Shown: positions 10,348 to 20,992, counted from the stretch's first letter. The stretch: DNA of 64,000 nucleotides from Thermoanaerobaculia bacterium (GCA_027078415.1 JALWYX010000034.1:60423-124422), one strand, 5' to 3'. Numbers and translations are program-made. Notes: generated from the sequence alone by a model not told the origin.

Positions 10348-10445
10348 AAACTCCTCATAAGATGTGACGTTGCATCCAAACAATTCAACCCCTCCTCTCT
10401 AACAAAAAACAATTTTTATCCTTTCCAAAAAGTAGCACAAAAAAA

Positions 10446-10724
10446 TCAATTTTCCTTGGCAGCTGTTGTATTTGCCTTTTTCTCCTCAGTCTTTTTATCT
10501 TCTTTTTTATCAGAATTTTCCTCCGTTTTACCCTTCTTAGAATATTTGTCAGAATAATCTGTTACATACCAACCGCTACCTTTAAACTGTATAGCAGGTG
10601 GTGAAAGTACTTTACTCATTTCACCGCCACACTTTTCACATTTAGTAACAGGAGCATCATTGACAGATTGAATAAGTTCAACGCTTTCGCCGCACTCTTT
10701 ACACTTGTATTCATAGATAGGCAT
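10446..10724 (-). CDS. FmdB-family zinc-ribbon protein with K/E-rich tail
   Basis: Starts MPIYEYKCKECG with paired CxxC...CxxC. A GAAAGGAGG RBS lies just upstream. The ORF-track extension into the tRNA is spurious. Confidence 0.75.
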   Translation of the reverse strand: MPIYEYKCKECGESVELIQSVNDAPVTKCEKCGGEMSKVLSPPAIQFKGSGWYVTDYSDKYSKKGKTEENSDKKEDKKTEEKKANTTAAKEN

Positions 10725-10744
10725 CTCATACCCTCCTTTCCTAA

Positions 10745-10836
10745 TGGCGGAAGCGGATGGGAATCGAACCCACCTTCTTCTCTCGAAGAACATCGGTTTT
10801 GAAGACCGAGAGAGGCACCAGCCCCCTACCGCTTCC
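10745..10836 (-). tRNA. selC: tRNA-Sec (selenocysteine tRNA, anticodon UCA)
   Basis: Reverse complement reads GGAAGCGG-TA-GGGGGC-TGGT-GCCTCT-C-TCGGT-CTTCAAA-ACCGA-TGTTCTTCGAGAGAAGAAGG-TGGGTTCGATTCCCA-T-CCGCTTCC-G-CCA. This gives an 8-bp acceptor stem, a 6-bp D-stem with 4-nt loop, a UCA anticodon in a 7-nt loop, a long variable arm and encoded CCA; 92 nt in total. Confidence 0.85.
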
Positions 10837-11209
10837 TTCAGTTAAAAGTAACAGATAAATATAATAAAAAATTCCATAGCATCTATCCATTAAATTCTGA
10901 TAGTTTTTATAAAGAACTATCCTCATCTTCCTTCATCACAAATCAGTACGTAAAGCAATCGTTCAAAACTGTGAGAAATTATAGGCAATTTCCAATCCCC
11001 CTAAATAACGCAATGTTTTTTGCTTGCAAATCACACATCTAACCTTACTTTGATAACACCTGCTGTATAGATGCACCAGTTTATATCAAATTTTTACAGA
11101 TTTTATTTTTAAGTCACCCCAAGCTATTTAGTCCAAACACACAACAAATACACTCTTGTGTTCCAGCAAAAAACAATTTCATCTAAAAAAACAACGAGTC
11201 TAACAATTA

Positions 11210-12370
11210 CTAACCTGAATTGCGCTTATTGGCCATCTTATTGTTCCAATATATCACGTACCAAGCGAGAATAACGGGTGCAAATAAATTAGGTAACACA
11301 CCAATTACCTCCAATAGAGGAGGCAAAGTAGCAAATTTAAAGGAAGTTATACCTTCTACGAGAAGAGAAGCAGCAGTAGCTAGGGATAAAAGGGTAAACT
11401 CATATTTGAAACTTAGACCTTTTGTAAAATATATATTCCACGCCATAACTATAAGGGGTAAAGCTAGTAGATATGTATGTAACCAAGTTACAGGTGTTAC
11501 AAAAAGTGAAGAAGCTAAAGATATAGCAACTACAGAGTGTATATCTTTGGCAAATTTAGTTGAAATTATAAAAACAAATATAAATGAAATAAAAAGCACA
11601 GGTGTCATAAGGTAATGCAAATCTAGTGCATGTAAAATGCGATGAATTGAAGCACTTCCATCTGCTATATGGCTTTTTATTCGCTCTAATTTATAAAACC
11701 AGCTATCAAAATAAGGAAAAGGCACAGTCAGTAAAGCAGCTACAATTGAAGAGACTACGGAAACGATCACTCCATGTCTTGTAAAAGTTGCAAAAAGAAC
11801 TATCATAATAGGCACAACAAGAGGTTTTACAGCTATCGATAAACCCAATAGAATACCACAAATAAAAGGGTATTTTTTATGGAAGAATAGTACAACTATA
11901 CTAGCTCCAGCTGCAAAGAGTGTCAAATTTTGAAATTTTACCCCCATAGATACCGGAGGAGAAAGAAGTAGCAGAAGGGTGATATCTCGCCATCTTTGAG
12001 TAGCGTCACCTTTCGCCCATGCAGCGGTAAACCAACCGAATAAGGCTAAACCTACCATATTCAAAAATCTGTTAACAACAAGAACCCCAACTTCACCTCC
12101 TACCTTAAAAATTGCAGCTAATACAAACGCCAGCAGAGGAGGATACAAGTATCCCTTCTTACCTCTTCCTCCAACGTAAGGATCTTCACCTGCAGCTACT
12201 CTTTCAGCAGCCCATGCATAATGATATTCGTCTACATTTGGATAGGTTGAAAGTAAAGTATATTCGTACCAAGCAAACAGTAAAACACCAAATAAACTCA
12301 AGATAGCTAGGAAATGTACTTTAAGAGGAAAAGCTACCCATTGCGAGTAAGAATTATCAAGGGGCGTCAT
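11210..12370 (-). CDS. Polytopic membrane protein, possible GT-C/DUF2029-like glycosyltransferase
   Basis: About 10 TM helices. GEDPY...YPP motif in a loop, reminiscent of membrane glycosyltransferases. Weak assignment. Confidence 0.45.
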   Translation of the reverse strand: MTPLDNSYSQWVAFPLKVHFLAILSLFGVLLFAWYEYTLLSTYPNVDEYHYAWAAERVAAGEDPYVGGRGKKGYLYPPLLAFVLAAIFKVGGEVGVLVVNRFLNMVGLALFGWFTAAWAKGDATQRWRDITLLLLLSPPVSMGVKFQNLTLFAAGASIVVLFFHKKYPFICGILLGLSIAVKPLVVPIMIVLFATFTRHGVIVSVVSSIVAALLTVPFPYFDSWFYKLERIKSHIADGSASIHRILHALDLHYLMTPVLFISFIFVFIISTKFAKDIHSVVAISLASSLFVTPVTWLHTYLLALPLIVMAWNIYFTKGLSFKYEFTLLSLATAASLLVEGITSFKFATLPPLLEVIGVLPNLFAPVILAWYVIYWNNKMANKRNSG

Positions 12371-13047
12371 GTTACTCTTTTAAGTAATTTCTCTGATTTT
12401 ATAAGTTTGCTATACGCAACACCTGTATGATACCAATGAAGTAAAAATGCTTCTCGTATAGCTCTCCATACGTACTTAATCCCTTTCTCATCACTGTTGT
12501 AAGCTGGATACAAGAGACAATTCAAACCAAACCCTCTAGCAAAATCGCGTGCTCTAGCTAAATGCAAAGAATCACTTACTATAGCCAACTTCTTAAAAGA
12601 AAGTTTTCTTATTTTGTCTCTAGCATTTTTTAAATTCTCCAAAGTATGCCTCGATTTATCCTCGATCATTATATCGTTCTCTTTTACACCGCAATCAATT
12701 AAATATCTCTTACCAGCCTCAGCCTCACTTATAGTAGCATTACCAGTAAGTCCTCCACAGATAAATATCTTTTTCGCAACTCCTATCGAATATAGAAAAA
12801 AAGCAAAATCGAGCCGAGCTTTAAACACCCTAGAAATCTTATTATTCTCATCGAGAACGCGCCCTAAAACTATCACCACATCTACTTCTTCTATTTCATC
12901 ACCTTTAACACTTTTTAACACCCTCATTAGACACAAGAAAAAAGAGATTCCCATTCCCCCAGATATTACTAGTGAATTTAAAAAAAATGAAGTAATAGCT
13001 CCAGGACCTAAAAACTCAATAATATTCTCGCTTCTGTGCCGTGGCAT
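12367..13047 (-). CDS. DUF218/YdcF (SanA/ElyC-like) domain protein
   Basis: VIVLG ... ICGG.TG...SEAEA..YL...GV....I.E..S..T.EN pattern of DUF218. 4-bp overlap with the downstream gene. Confidence 0.7.
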   Translation of the reverse strand: MPRHRSENIIEFLGPGAITSFFLNSLVISGGMGISFFLCLMRVLKSVKGDEIEEVDVVIVLGRVLDENNKISRVFKARLDFAFFLYSIGVAKKIFICGGLTGNATISEAEAGKRYLIDCGVKENDIMIEDKSRHTLENLKNARDKIRKLSFKKLAIVSDSLHLARARDFARGFGLNCLLYPAYNSDEKGIKYVWRAIREAFLLHWYHTGVAYSKLIKSEKLLKRVT

Positions 13048-13435
13048 TATCGCTCTTTGATCTTTTATAAAGATTCAATAATATCAAAAACAAACCAGCT
13101 AAAACTAAAATCTCTGCCAAGAGAACAATAATCGAAAGCGCATAATTTAAATTCAACAGTAGAAGATTAGACGATCTAAAAAACAACACCCCTACAAACA
13201 AATTAACTATAGCGATAGCAATAACAACCTTTATATCTTTTTCTTTTCTCAACTTAGAAACTTCAAGAATACCGCCCACCAAACCAACAAAAACTAAAAT
13301 ACCTCCAACTAAAACAGAAAGTGTAAAATCTGCTTTCAAAAGGTTATAAAGCACAAAAAACAATATTACTCCGAAAAAAATAGCCGCAAATACAGATATA
13401 AAAATATCTCTCTCCTTCATCCCTTTTTCTCCCAT
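13016..13435 (-). CDS. Hypothetical small membrane protein
   Basis: Four hydrophobic helices, no recognisable motif. The start may be the internal Met at 13420. Confidence 0.45.
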   Translation of the reverse strand: MGEKGMKERDIFISVFAAIFFGVILFFVLYNLLKADFTLSVLVGGILVFVGLVGGILEVSKLRKEKDIKVVIAIAIVNLFVGVLFFRSSNLLLLNLNYALSIIVLLAEILVLAGLFLILLNLYKRSKSDNATAQKREYY

Positions 13436-14267
13436 TTAAGCTACACCCTTATAGCTGTTTATATCTTAAAATATAAACAAAGCAATAACATCCAGAAACT
13501 AAAAAAACGGTCCAACTTTCAAACCCTACAACTGTTCCATTTCTCAATAAACTTATAAAAAGCAAAACTCAAATCAAAATTTCAAACTCCAAAAAAGCGC
13601 CAAAACAGAATCTACCTGAAGAAGATATAAGTAATTCTATTTATTAAAAAGCAATCTTACATATCCTACCAGTTGTGGTTTAACATAAGCACTTAACAAC
13701 TCTGTTCTACAGAAGACAATACCAAAGGAAACCACTACAACACTTTATCATCTTATATGTCAACAGTTACAAACATTAGTAATAGTTTCCCATTTCAAAA
13801 GCATTACTTTTACTTAAAAAAGATCTTAATCGTTTCTTAAGATAAAGGAAAAGCACCTAAAAGTTACAAACAGAACTTTGTGAAAATATATAACACCGTT
13901 AAGAGTTAAAAAGCTGAATTACATCCTTGAGCTTGCTCTTGATTATACCTTTAACACAACAGGCATACACTATACGGAAAAAACCTAATACCTCGACTCT
14001 ATCATTCTCTTTCCAACAGAGCTAACAAACTATCATTCAATATAATAACTGTCCTTAAAAAATTACAGAAGCCTATTCTGTATTTACTCGATTGCTCAAA
14101 GTCTAATTTTATTTTTTGGCTGTAACGTTTATTTAGATACGGTAGATGGTAAATTACAGTTTCTAGAGAACACCTTACAAAGTACAACTCTATATAACCA
14201 ATTTTGTTTTATCGATGGTTATCAACCCTAGCTCTCTAATTTATACACCTATTATCTTTGAGATATT

Positions 14268-14483
14268 CTAAATACCGTCTCTCTTGGAGAAATCGTCATT
14301 TTCTCTTCTTGTAATAATAACTCCAGCGATACTTAAACCTATTCCCATTAATATCAAAATTGAACCAACCAAAGCAGAAATCATAAACCCAACTTCTGTC
14401 ATCTTATAAAGTATGAAGAATGCCCCTGCTCCAAAAACCAAATCTATCAATCCTACCACCATAAGTATTTGACCTTTGTTCAT
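14268..14483 (-). CDS. Hypothetical small membrane protein (2 TM)
   Basis: 71-aa ORF with two TM helices, 3 nt upstream of the following gene. Confidence 0.4.
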   Translation of the reverse strand: MNKGQILMVVGLIDLVFGAGAFFILYKMTEVGFMISALVGSILILMGIGLSIAGVIITRRENDDFSKRDGI

Positions 14484-14486
14484 ATA

Positions 14487-15245
14487 TTAACCTCCACGAA
14501 ATATAACTTTATCTCCGCTTTGCACGTCCATTATAGATGCAGCAGAATCTAAGTTCATAGATATTTCAGCAGTCCCAAGCGACCCTATCACTACAGCTAG
14601 TTCCCCTTTATCGATCTGTTGATAGTTATCAACAATCTTTTTAATCACTCGGTTTTTTATTTCAAAATACCCACCTCTTTGCACTAGAGATCCAGGGATG
14701 TTAGTAACTACATTTCCAAACCTATCTATATGCACTACTTCTCCAATAACCTGGTTCCCTTTATATTCCAAAATAGGTTGGGGTAACAATTTAGGATTAT
14801 CTATAGGATACCCCAGTTTTCTATAATCATTACCATTTAGCAGATACGCTGCCACAGGAGCAAAACGATCTCTTCCATGGAAAGTGTTACTACCTAAATC
14901 GAGAAAAATGTCTTCTTTGTCTACTGCGAAAACTTTCCCTTTACTTACAAAAGGTGTTAAAAGTCCATTATCGGGGGCAATGAACAAGTAACCATCATAT
15001 TCTGTTACTATTATTCTTCTATCTGTACCCACACCAGGGTCTACAATCGCTAAATGTATAGTGTTTGGTGGATACAGAGAGTAAAGAGCTTGCAAAAAAA
15101 ATGTAGCTTTTTTTACATTGCCAGGTTCTATCTCATGGGATATATCCACTATAGTACATTCAGATCTAGCCAAGATAACTCCTTTTACAGCAGCAACGTA
15201 CCAGTCGGCAGTTCCGAAATCCGATAAAAAAGTAAGCAATTTCAT
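14487..15245 (-). CDS. SAM hydrolase / SAM hydroxide adenosyltransferase family protein (DUF62)
   Basis: N-terminus MKLLTFLSDFGTADWYVAAVKGVI matches the DUF62 signature (LTDFG..D.YVG.mKGVI). About 250 aa. Confidence 0.8.
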   Translation of the reverse strand: MKLLTFLSDFGTADWYVAAVKGVILARSECTIVDISHEIEPGNVKKATFFLQALYSLYPPNTIHLAIVDPGVGTDRRIIVTEYDGYLFIAPDNGLLTPFVSKGKVFAVDKEDIFLDLGSNTFHGRDRFAPVAAYLLNGNDYRKLGYPIDNPKLLPQPILEYKGNQVIGEVVHIDRFGNVVTNIPGSLVQRGGYFEIKNRVIKKIVDNYQQIDKGELAVVIGSLGTAEISMNLDSAASIMDVQSGDKVIFRGG

Positions 15246-15321
15246 TTATACCACATCATAACATAACCTTACTTAATTCGTTTGTTTACCGTATAATAGA
15301 TTGAAAACAAGGAGAAAAAAA

Positions 15322-17094
15322 ATGATAAGGGTGGGTTATATAATGGTAGGTATCACTTTAATCACCTTAAAAGCACAAGGTGCAACAGAAGCTGTGTCGG
15401 TTTCGCCTACACAACTAAAGCTCAACTTAGATGTAAAGACTTTCACTCTTCCCAATGGTATGAGATTCCTACTGGTACAGAAAAAAGAACTACCCATGAT
15501 ACATGCAGGGTGGGTAGCACATGTAGGTTCTGCAAATGAAAGGCCAGGCATAACAGGTCTAGCGCATCTGTTTGAGCATATGATGTTCAAAGGTACAAAA
15601 GTAATAGGTACTAAAGATTACGAAAAAGAGAAAAGTATTATGGAGGAAAAAGAAAATCTACAAGAGCGAATAAGAGAGTTATATTCCCAGCAGAGGCAAA
15701 GATACTACAAAGGTGAAATAGAAGATCCTTTTGATCCAGATACATACCCTCAAGAATTAAAGCAACTCTTGGCCGAGTTTGAAGAGTTAGACAAGAAACA
15801 CAAAGAGCTAATAATAAAAGACGATTTCACACGCATATACAAAGAGGCTGGTGCTGCTAATTTTAACGCTTTCACAACTTACGATCTTACAGGGTATATA
15901 ATTTCTGTGCCAGCAAACAAATTGGAACTATGGTTCTGGATGGAATCTGAAAGGTTGCTTAATCCTGTGTTTAGGGAGTTCTATACAGAACGTGACGTTG
16001 TGCAGGAAGAGAGGAGACTACGGACGGAGAGTACTCCTACAGGTAAGTTTGATGAACTTATAGAAGCTGCGTTTTGGCAATCGCATCCTTACAAATGGCC
16101 CGTTATAGGCTGGCCTTCAGATCTCAAAATAATAAGTATGAAACAAGCTCAAAAATTTTACGACATGTATTACGCTCCCAACAATATAACAGCTGTTTTG
16201 GTAGGAAATTTTGATATAGAGAAGGTTAAAGAACTAGCTGATAAATACTTCGGAAGGCTCAAAAAAGCCGATGAAATAGAAGAAGTGGTCACTTTAGAAA
16301 TGCCTCAACTAGCATACAAAGAAATTGAAGGAGAATGCGATTGTCAACCTCAGATAAAGGTGATGTATCACACTGTACCTTTTATTCACAAAGATGCACC
16401 TGCATTTGAAGTGCTTGCCGAACTTCTAAATGGTTATACAGGAAGGTTATACAAAACTTTAGTTTTGGAAAAAAAGATTGCTTCTTCCGCTTTTTCCTAC
16501 AACTACCCTCGCAAATACGCCGGTAGTTTTATAATACAAGCTGAAACCTCCAAAGAAAGTACTCCTAAAGAACTGTATGAAGCGTGGCAAGAGATTTTAG
16601 AAGATCTAAAAGAGAATCCAGTCTCAGATAAAGAGTTGCAAAAGGTAAAAAATAAAGTAACAGCGGATTCTTTCAGAAGATTAGAAAACCCTTTTATGCT
16701 TATGTTGCAACTTGTTTATTACGACGGTTTAGGAGACTGGAAATATCTTCTTGAGTGGGGTGAAAGAGTAAACAAAGTAACGAAAGAGGATATTCAAAAA
16801 ATAGTTAAAAAGTATCTAACAAAAGAAAATACACTTGTAGCATTTTATTACCGTAAAAAAGACAGTGAATCTAGAGAATATCCCGCAGAAATTACAGAAC
16901 TACCTCCAGAGATACAAAGCCATTTTAAAAGACAATTAGACGCTATTCAAAATGAGACGGACAAAGAGAAGTTAGAAAAAATCTACACATCTTTATTAGC
17001 TCAAGAAGGAAATATTCCTCCCGAGATTCAAAAAGCTTTTGAAACTCTAAAGAAAACTATTGAAAATAGGATCCAAGAACTTGAAAATAGATAA
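15322..17094 (+). CDS. M16 family zinc peptidase (pitrilysin-like, catalytic subunit)
   Basis: Inverted zinc motif HLFEHMMFKGT (HxxEH). AAGGAG RBS 7 nt before the ATG at 15322. The ORF-track start at 15301 is a TTG extension. Confidence 0.85.
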   Translation: MIRVGYIMVGITLITLKAQGATEAVSVSPTQLKLNLDVKTFTLPNGMRFLLVQKKELPMIHAGWVAHVGSANERPGITGLAHLFEHMMFKGTKVIGTKDYEKEKSIMEEKENLQERIRELYSQQRQRYYKGEIEDPFDPDTYPQELKQLLAEFEELDKKHKELIIKDDFTRIYKEAGAANFNAFTTYDLTGYIISVPANKLELWFWMESERLLNPVFREFYTERDVVQEERRLRTESTPTGKFDELIEAAFWQSHPYKWPVIGWPSDLKIISMKQAQKFYDMYYAPNNITAVLVGNFDIEKVKELADKYFGRLKKADEIEEVVTLEMPQLAYKEIEGECDCQPQIKVMYHTVPFIHKDAPAFEVLAELLNGYTGRLYKTLVLEKKIASSAFSYNYPRKYAGSFIIQAETSKESTPKELYEAWQEILEDLKENPVSDKELQKVKNKVTADSFRRLENPFMLMLQLVYYDGLGDWKYLLEWGERVNKVTKEDIQKIVKKYLTKENTLVAFYYRKKDSESREYPAEITELPPEIQSHFKRQLDAIQNETDKEKLEKIYTSLLAQEGNIPPEIQKAFETLKKTIENRIQELENR

Positions 17095-17104
17095 GGAGTA
17101 TGTT

Positions 17105-18568
17105 ATGAAAAAAATCACTGTAACTCTTTTATTCTTAACAGGTGGTATTGTGATGGCTATTCCTCCGCACCCACAAAAGCTGGAATTTCCTGAATTACAA
17201 TTTTCTTTACCCAACCCAGATGATATTACATATACTATAGACAAGAATGTAAGCCTCCTTATAGCAGAAGATCATTCTTTACCGTTAGTACATCTTTCTT
17301 TGATTTTCAGAGGTGGCAGCTATTTAGATCCTGAAGGTAAAACTGGTTTAGCTACCCTTACAGCTAAAGTAATGCGTACTGGAGGTACAAAAAAGTTAAC
17401 TCCAGAAGAGTTTGATGAAAAAGCTGACTTTCTAGCGGCCAATATCTCAACATCTGTAGATAGTAGTTCTTTTAGAGCGTATCTAAATTGTTTATCTTCT
17501 GTTTTCGATGAGTGTTTAGAATTATTTTTTAAAATGCTGAAGGAACCTAGATTTGACAAAGAGAGATTAAAAATAGAAAAAACCAAGATGATAGAAGAGC
17601 TTAAACAACGCAACGATCATCCTCAATCTATACTGTGGAGAGAATGGAATTGGCTAGTATACGGTAAAAGTCATCCAGAAGCTCGGCAAACTACGAAAGC
17701 AGAGATCGAATCTATAACGCAAAATGATCTTTTTGAATTTTGGAAGAAGATAACACCAGAGAACGGTGTGATAGCAGTAGTAGGAGACATCGATGCAAGT
17801 AAAATAAAAGAAAAGATAGCCAAAATGATCTCTGACTGGCCAAACTCAGGAAATGTAAAATGGCCTCCTGAGGAAAAAACAAAACATTTATCAAAGCCTG
17901 GTATCTACGTTATAGAAAAAGAGATTCCTCAAACTGCAGTTGCAGCAGGCCATAGAACTTTCAAAATGGAGAATTGGCTTGATAAATCAAATTTCGCAAT
18001 AACGGTTATGAACGAAATTTTAGGAGGAGGGTTCAACTCTCGTCTATTTACCAGAATAAGGTCAGACGAAGGGTTAGCGTACGCTGTACGTTCGATATTC
18101 AGGCACAGTGTCTACTGGCCAGGCACATTTATAGCATTTTTCCAGTCAAAAAACGAAACTGCAGCCTATGCTACTAAACTGTTAATCGAAGAGCTAGAAA
18201 AAATGAGAACTGACAACGTAACATCCAAAGAATTAAAAGCTGCTAAACAAGGGATAATAGATAGGTTTCCTCAAAGATTTGAAACCCTAAAAGCTGCTAT
18301 ATGGGTTTTTGCCGAAGATAAATTTATAGGAAGACCTTTTTCGTTTTGGAAAAATTATCGTAACTACATAGAGGAAGTAACCGCAGACGCTGTAAAAAAA
18401 GCTGCAAACGATTTTATACATCCTGAAAAAAGCGTAATAGTGATGGTAGGTAAATGGAGTGAAATAGATAAATGGGCAAAAGATAAGAACATAGACTTAC
18501 GCCAATTCGGCCCTATAACTCACTTGCCGTTAAGAGATCCTTTAACACTTGAACCGGTGAAACAATAG
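17105..18568 (+). CDS. M16 family peptidase (second, partner subunit)
   Basis: M16-type domain architecture without a perfect HxxEH. AAGGAG RBS 6 nt before the ATG at 17105. The ORF-track start at 17060 is a TTG extension. Tandem to the first M16 gene. Confidence 0.8.
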   Translation: MKKITVTLLFLTGGIVMAIPPHPQKLEFPELQFSLPNPDDITYTIDKNVSLLIAEDHSLPLVHLSLIFRGGSYLDPEGKTGLATLTAKVMRTGGTKKLTPEEFDEKADFLAANISTSVDSSSFRAYLNCLSSVFDECLELFFKMLKEPRFDKERLKIEKTKMIEELKQRNDHPQSILWREWNWLVYGKSHPEARQTTKAEIESITQNDLFEFWKKITPENGVIAVVGDIDASKIKEKIAKMISDWPNSGNVKWPPEEKTKHLSKPGIYVIEKEIPQTAVAAGHRTFKMENWLDKSNFAITVMNEILGGGFNSRLFTRIRSDEGLAYAVRSIFRHSVYWPGTFIAFFQSKNETAAYATKLLIEELEKMRTDNVTSKELKAAKQGIIDRFPQRFETLKAAIWVFAEDKFIGRPFSFWKNYRNYIEEVTADAVKKAANDFIHPEKSVIVMVGKWSEIDKWAKDKNIDLRQFGPITHLPLRDPLTLEPVKQ

Positions 18569-18627
18569 AGATTTACTCGATAATTTAACACTTTAGAAAA
18601 CCAACTCTATTAGGCGTAAGGGGACAT

Positions 18628-20487
18628 TTAATCGAGCAAAGCCTGTAACCTAGCTATTATTCTATCGACAGTTTTTTCCACAGAATACTTATGAGCCACA
18701 AGTTTTGCAGCATTTGCTCCTTTACGTGCAGCTTCTTCTCTATTTTCATAAACTTCACGTAGCAAAAAACTTAAATGCTCACTGTCAGGATCCGCCCAAT
18801 TGAAACCTTTGTAATAAGGACACTTAGCCACAGCAGGTACTGTACCTTTTACCTTTACAGGATAGCCTACCTGTTCATTAAGATATTCCGTAACCCCTCC
18901 CCACAGTGGTGCTATAACCGGCTTCCCACATGCCATAGCTTCCATAAGAGGCATATCCCACCCTTCACCTCTAGACGCACTTACGTAACAATCACAACTA
19001 CGGTACAAAAGAGGCATCTGGTAATAAGGAAAATTTCTGTTAAAAATAAAATAAATCCTTCCTCCACTATCACGTAATCTTAACTTCCTTATCTCCTCTA
19101 AAACTTTAATAGAAGGGTCTCTGTTGTTAATTTTAGCTACAAGTCTAACAGGTTCTTTAGAGGAAAATGTCTGGTTAAAAGTAGATAGTAATGTCCAAGG
19201 ATTTTTTCGTTCCCCCCATTCAAATACAGAAAGAAAAACAAACTCAGAAGTATTAGGTACGGATTTTATATAAGGATTAAAATAGTTTGTATCAACTCCG
19301 AGAGGGATCTTATAAATCTGCTTCTTCAATCCTGAATTTAAAAAACCCTCCAAATTAAATTGAGATGGAACCCAAATTTCATCCATCTCATTGGCTTGTC
19401 TAACCCACTCTTTAGGAAAACCATCAACTTCCAGCATTGTAAATCCCACTTTCTTACCCTTAGAAGCTTTAAAAAAAACATCTCCTTGAGCGTATACTAC
19501 AGAAACCTTGGCTTTCCTGTCATCACGACTGGCCAATACGTTTAAGTAATAATCATTCATTTGATTAGGTTCATTTAAAGGAAACGGTGTTCCAGAACCG
19601 TACGCATACCTATAGATGACCTTAACCCCTTTCATATCAAGATTAGGTAAAATTTTCCTAGCAGTTTGTGCATAACCACCTGGAAAATTTAAAATTGTGT
19701 GGAAAACAACGTCATACTTATAACTCTTCTCCAAATATCTTTTCCATTTTTTAGAAAAAATTTTTTGACTTTCCCTAAAGAGTCTTTTTCTATAGGATGA
19801 AATATCATATGTAGAACCATGTTCGTCGTGTATAACTACAGATCTTCCATCAACAACCACTTTAAAACCTGCTTTTCTTGCCCTGATACAATAGTCAGTA
19901 TCCTCAAAATAAGAATGGTATTCAGGTGACAAAAAACCTATTTTATCTATAACAGTTCTCTTTACATACACACACGCAAATACCACTCCTTCAACTTCAC
20001 GAGGCATTAAATACTGGTATATATATTTTTCACCACTGCCTATCTGTTGACCCCAAATAGTGTCAGGCAATATATAAGTACCAGCATGAAGAAGTCTCTT
20101 TTCAGGAGTAAGTAGTACAGGACTCACTATACCAACCCTAGAATCAGTATATGCTGTAGCTCTAAGAAACCTTAACCAACTAGGTTCCTCAAAATATACA
20201 TCGTTGTTAACAAGCACCAGATCATCTTCACTATCTACAAAATCTAACGCTCTTATGTTACCTTTAGAAAAACCCAGATTGTTCTTAAATCTTATGTAGC
20301 TTATCCCTTTCTCAGCAGCAAAAGATGGCAGTTGTTCCTTCGTTAGATCTGTAGAGCCATTATCAACCACGAGTATTTTGGCGCCATCCAAGTGAGTATC
20401 CAGTAAAGTTTCTACACATTTCTTGGTAAGATCCCATCTATTCCAAGCAAGTATCACTATAGTTATTTCTTTCATACCATTTTCCAT
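18628..20487 (-). CDS. Bifunctional glycosyltransferase (N-terminal GT2 domain fused to C-terminal GT4/GT1-fold domain)
   Basis: N-terminus ITIVILAWNRWDLTKKCVETLL...VVDNGSTD (GT2). C-terminus EGWDMPLMEAMACGKPVIAP (GT4 E-x7-E-like motif). Confidence 0.75.
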   Translation of the reverse strand: MENGMKEITIVILAWNRWDLTKKCVETLLDTHLDGAKILVVDNGSTDLTKEQLPSFAAEKGISYIRFKNNLGFSKGNIRALDFVDSEDDLVLVNNDVYFEEPSWLRFLRATAYTDSRVGIVSPVLLTPEKRLLHAGTYILPDTIWGQQIGSGEKYIYQYLMPREVEGVVFACVYVKRTVIDKIGFLSPEYHSYFEDTDYCIRARKAGFKVVVDGRSVVIHDEHGSTYDISSYRKRLFRESQKIFSKKWKRYLEKSYKYDVVFHTILNFPGGYAQTARKILPNLDMKGVKVIYRYAYGSGTPFPLNEPNQMNDYYLNVLASRDDRKAKVSVVYAQGDVFFKASKGKKVGFTMLEVDGFPKEWVRQANEMDEIWVPSQFNLEGFLNSGLKKQIYKIPLGVDTNYFNPYIKSVPNTSEFVFLSVFEWGERKNPWTLLSTFNQTFSSKEPVRLVAKINNRDPSIKVLEEIRKLRLRDSGGRIYFIFNRNFPYYQMPLLYRSCDCYVSASRGEGWDMPLMEAMACGKPVIAPLWGGVTEYLNEQVGYPVKVKGTVPAVAKCPYYKGFNWADPDSEHLSFLLREVYENREEAARKGANAAKLVAHKYSVEKTVDRIIARLQALLD

Positions 20488-20780
20488 ATAGAAACCACAA
20501 CACGTTCTATATCATCCTCTATCTCAACACAAGCGTCATCTCTCCAATTAACCGGATAAGACTTGATAAGGTAACGACCTTCCAAGATAAAAAAAATCTT
20601 TTCTAATTCGGAGGGAGAAACAGAATTAATGATTTCAACAATTTGGTCAGACTTGCGTTGTAACTCTTTCTTTAAAGAATCTATAACTCTTTCCAATTTT
20701 TCTATTTTTCTTTTACATTCTTGTAAATCTTTTACCATTTCCTTCCCGTAACTGCGCGCAAAAATTGCAAAAACTTCCAT
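20472..20780 (-). CDS. Hypothetical coiled-coil protein
   Basis: ORF only. An alternative start at 20738 has a GGAAGG RBS. Confidence 0.4.
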   Translation of the reverse strand: MEVFAIFARSYGKEMVKDLQECKRKIEKLERVIDSLKKELQRKSDQIVEIINSVSPSELEKIFFILEGRYLIKSYPVNWRDDACVEIEDDIERVVVSIWKMV

Positions 20781-20992
20781 CCTTTAGAATTAAATAACTT
20801 CTGCTCAAACTCTTGATAATATTTTAGAACACTCTCCAACTCTCTTATCCTATGTCTATACCCAGCACACGGGTCTAAAGTTTCGTTTTCTACTTCGATC
20901 CTCGTACTAATAGCTCTTATCTCTCTCTCTTTAAGAGTTTGGATAAAGTCCATAACTTCTTTTTCTTCTTGCATAAAAGTTTCTACCATGTT
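20732..20992 (-). CDS. Hypothetical small protein
   Basis: AAGGAG RBS before the Met at 20992. The longer ORF-track form would run into the sucC start. Confidence 0.4.
   Translation of the reverse strand, partial: NMVETFMQEEKEVMDFIQTLKEREIRAISTRIEVENETLDPCAGYRHRIRELESVLKYYQEFEQKLFNSKGWKFLQFLRAVTGRKW

Noticed and set aside
10741-10926. 61-aa ORF and the N-terminal extension of the FmdB ORF (10725-10793) overlapping the tRNA-Sec
   Set aside because: Both overlap a structurally perfect tRNA-Sec. The FmdB gene has a strong RBS before its internal MPIYEYKC start, so the extensions are artifacts.
14002-14187. 61-aa ORF in the 13436-14267 spacer
   Set aside because: No RBS. Composition not protein-like. 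Isolated in an otherwise ORF-free region.
15301-17104. TTG-initiated N-terminal extensions of both M16 peptidase ORFs (15301-15321 and 17060-17104)
   Set aside because: Each has an AAGGAG RBS positioned 6-7 nt before an in-frame ATG downstream (15322 and 17105). The TTG extensions lack an RBS, and the second overlaps the first gene's stop.
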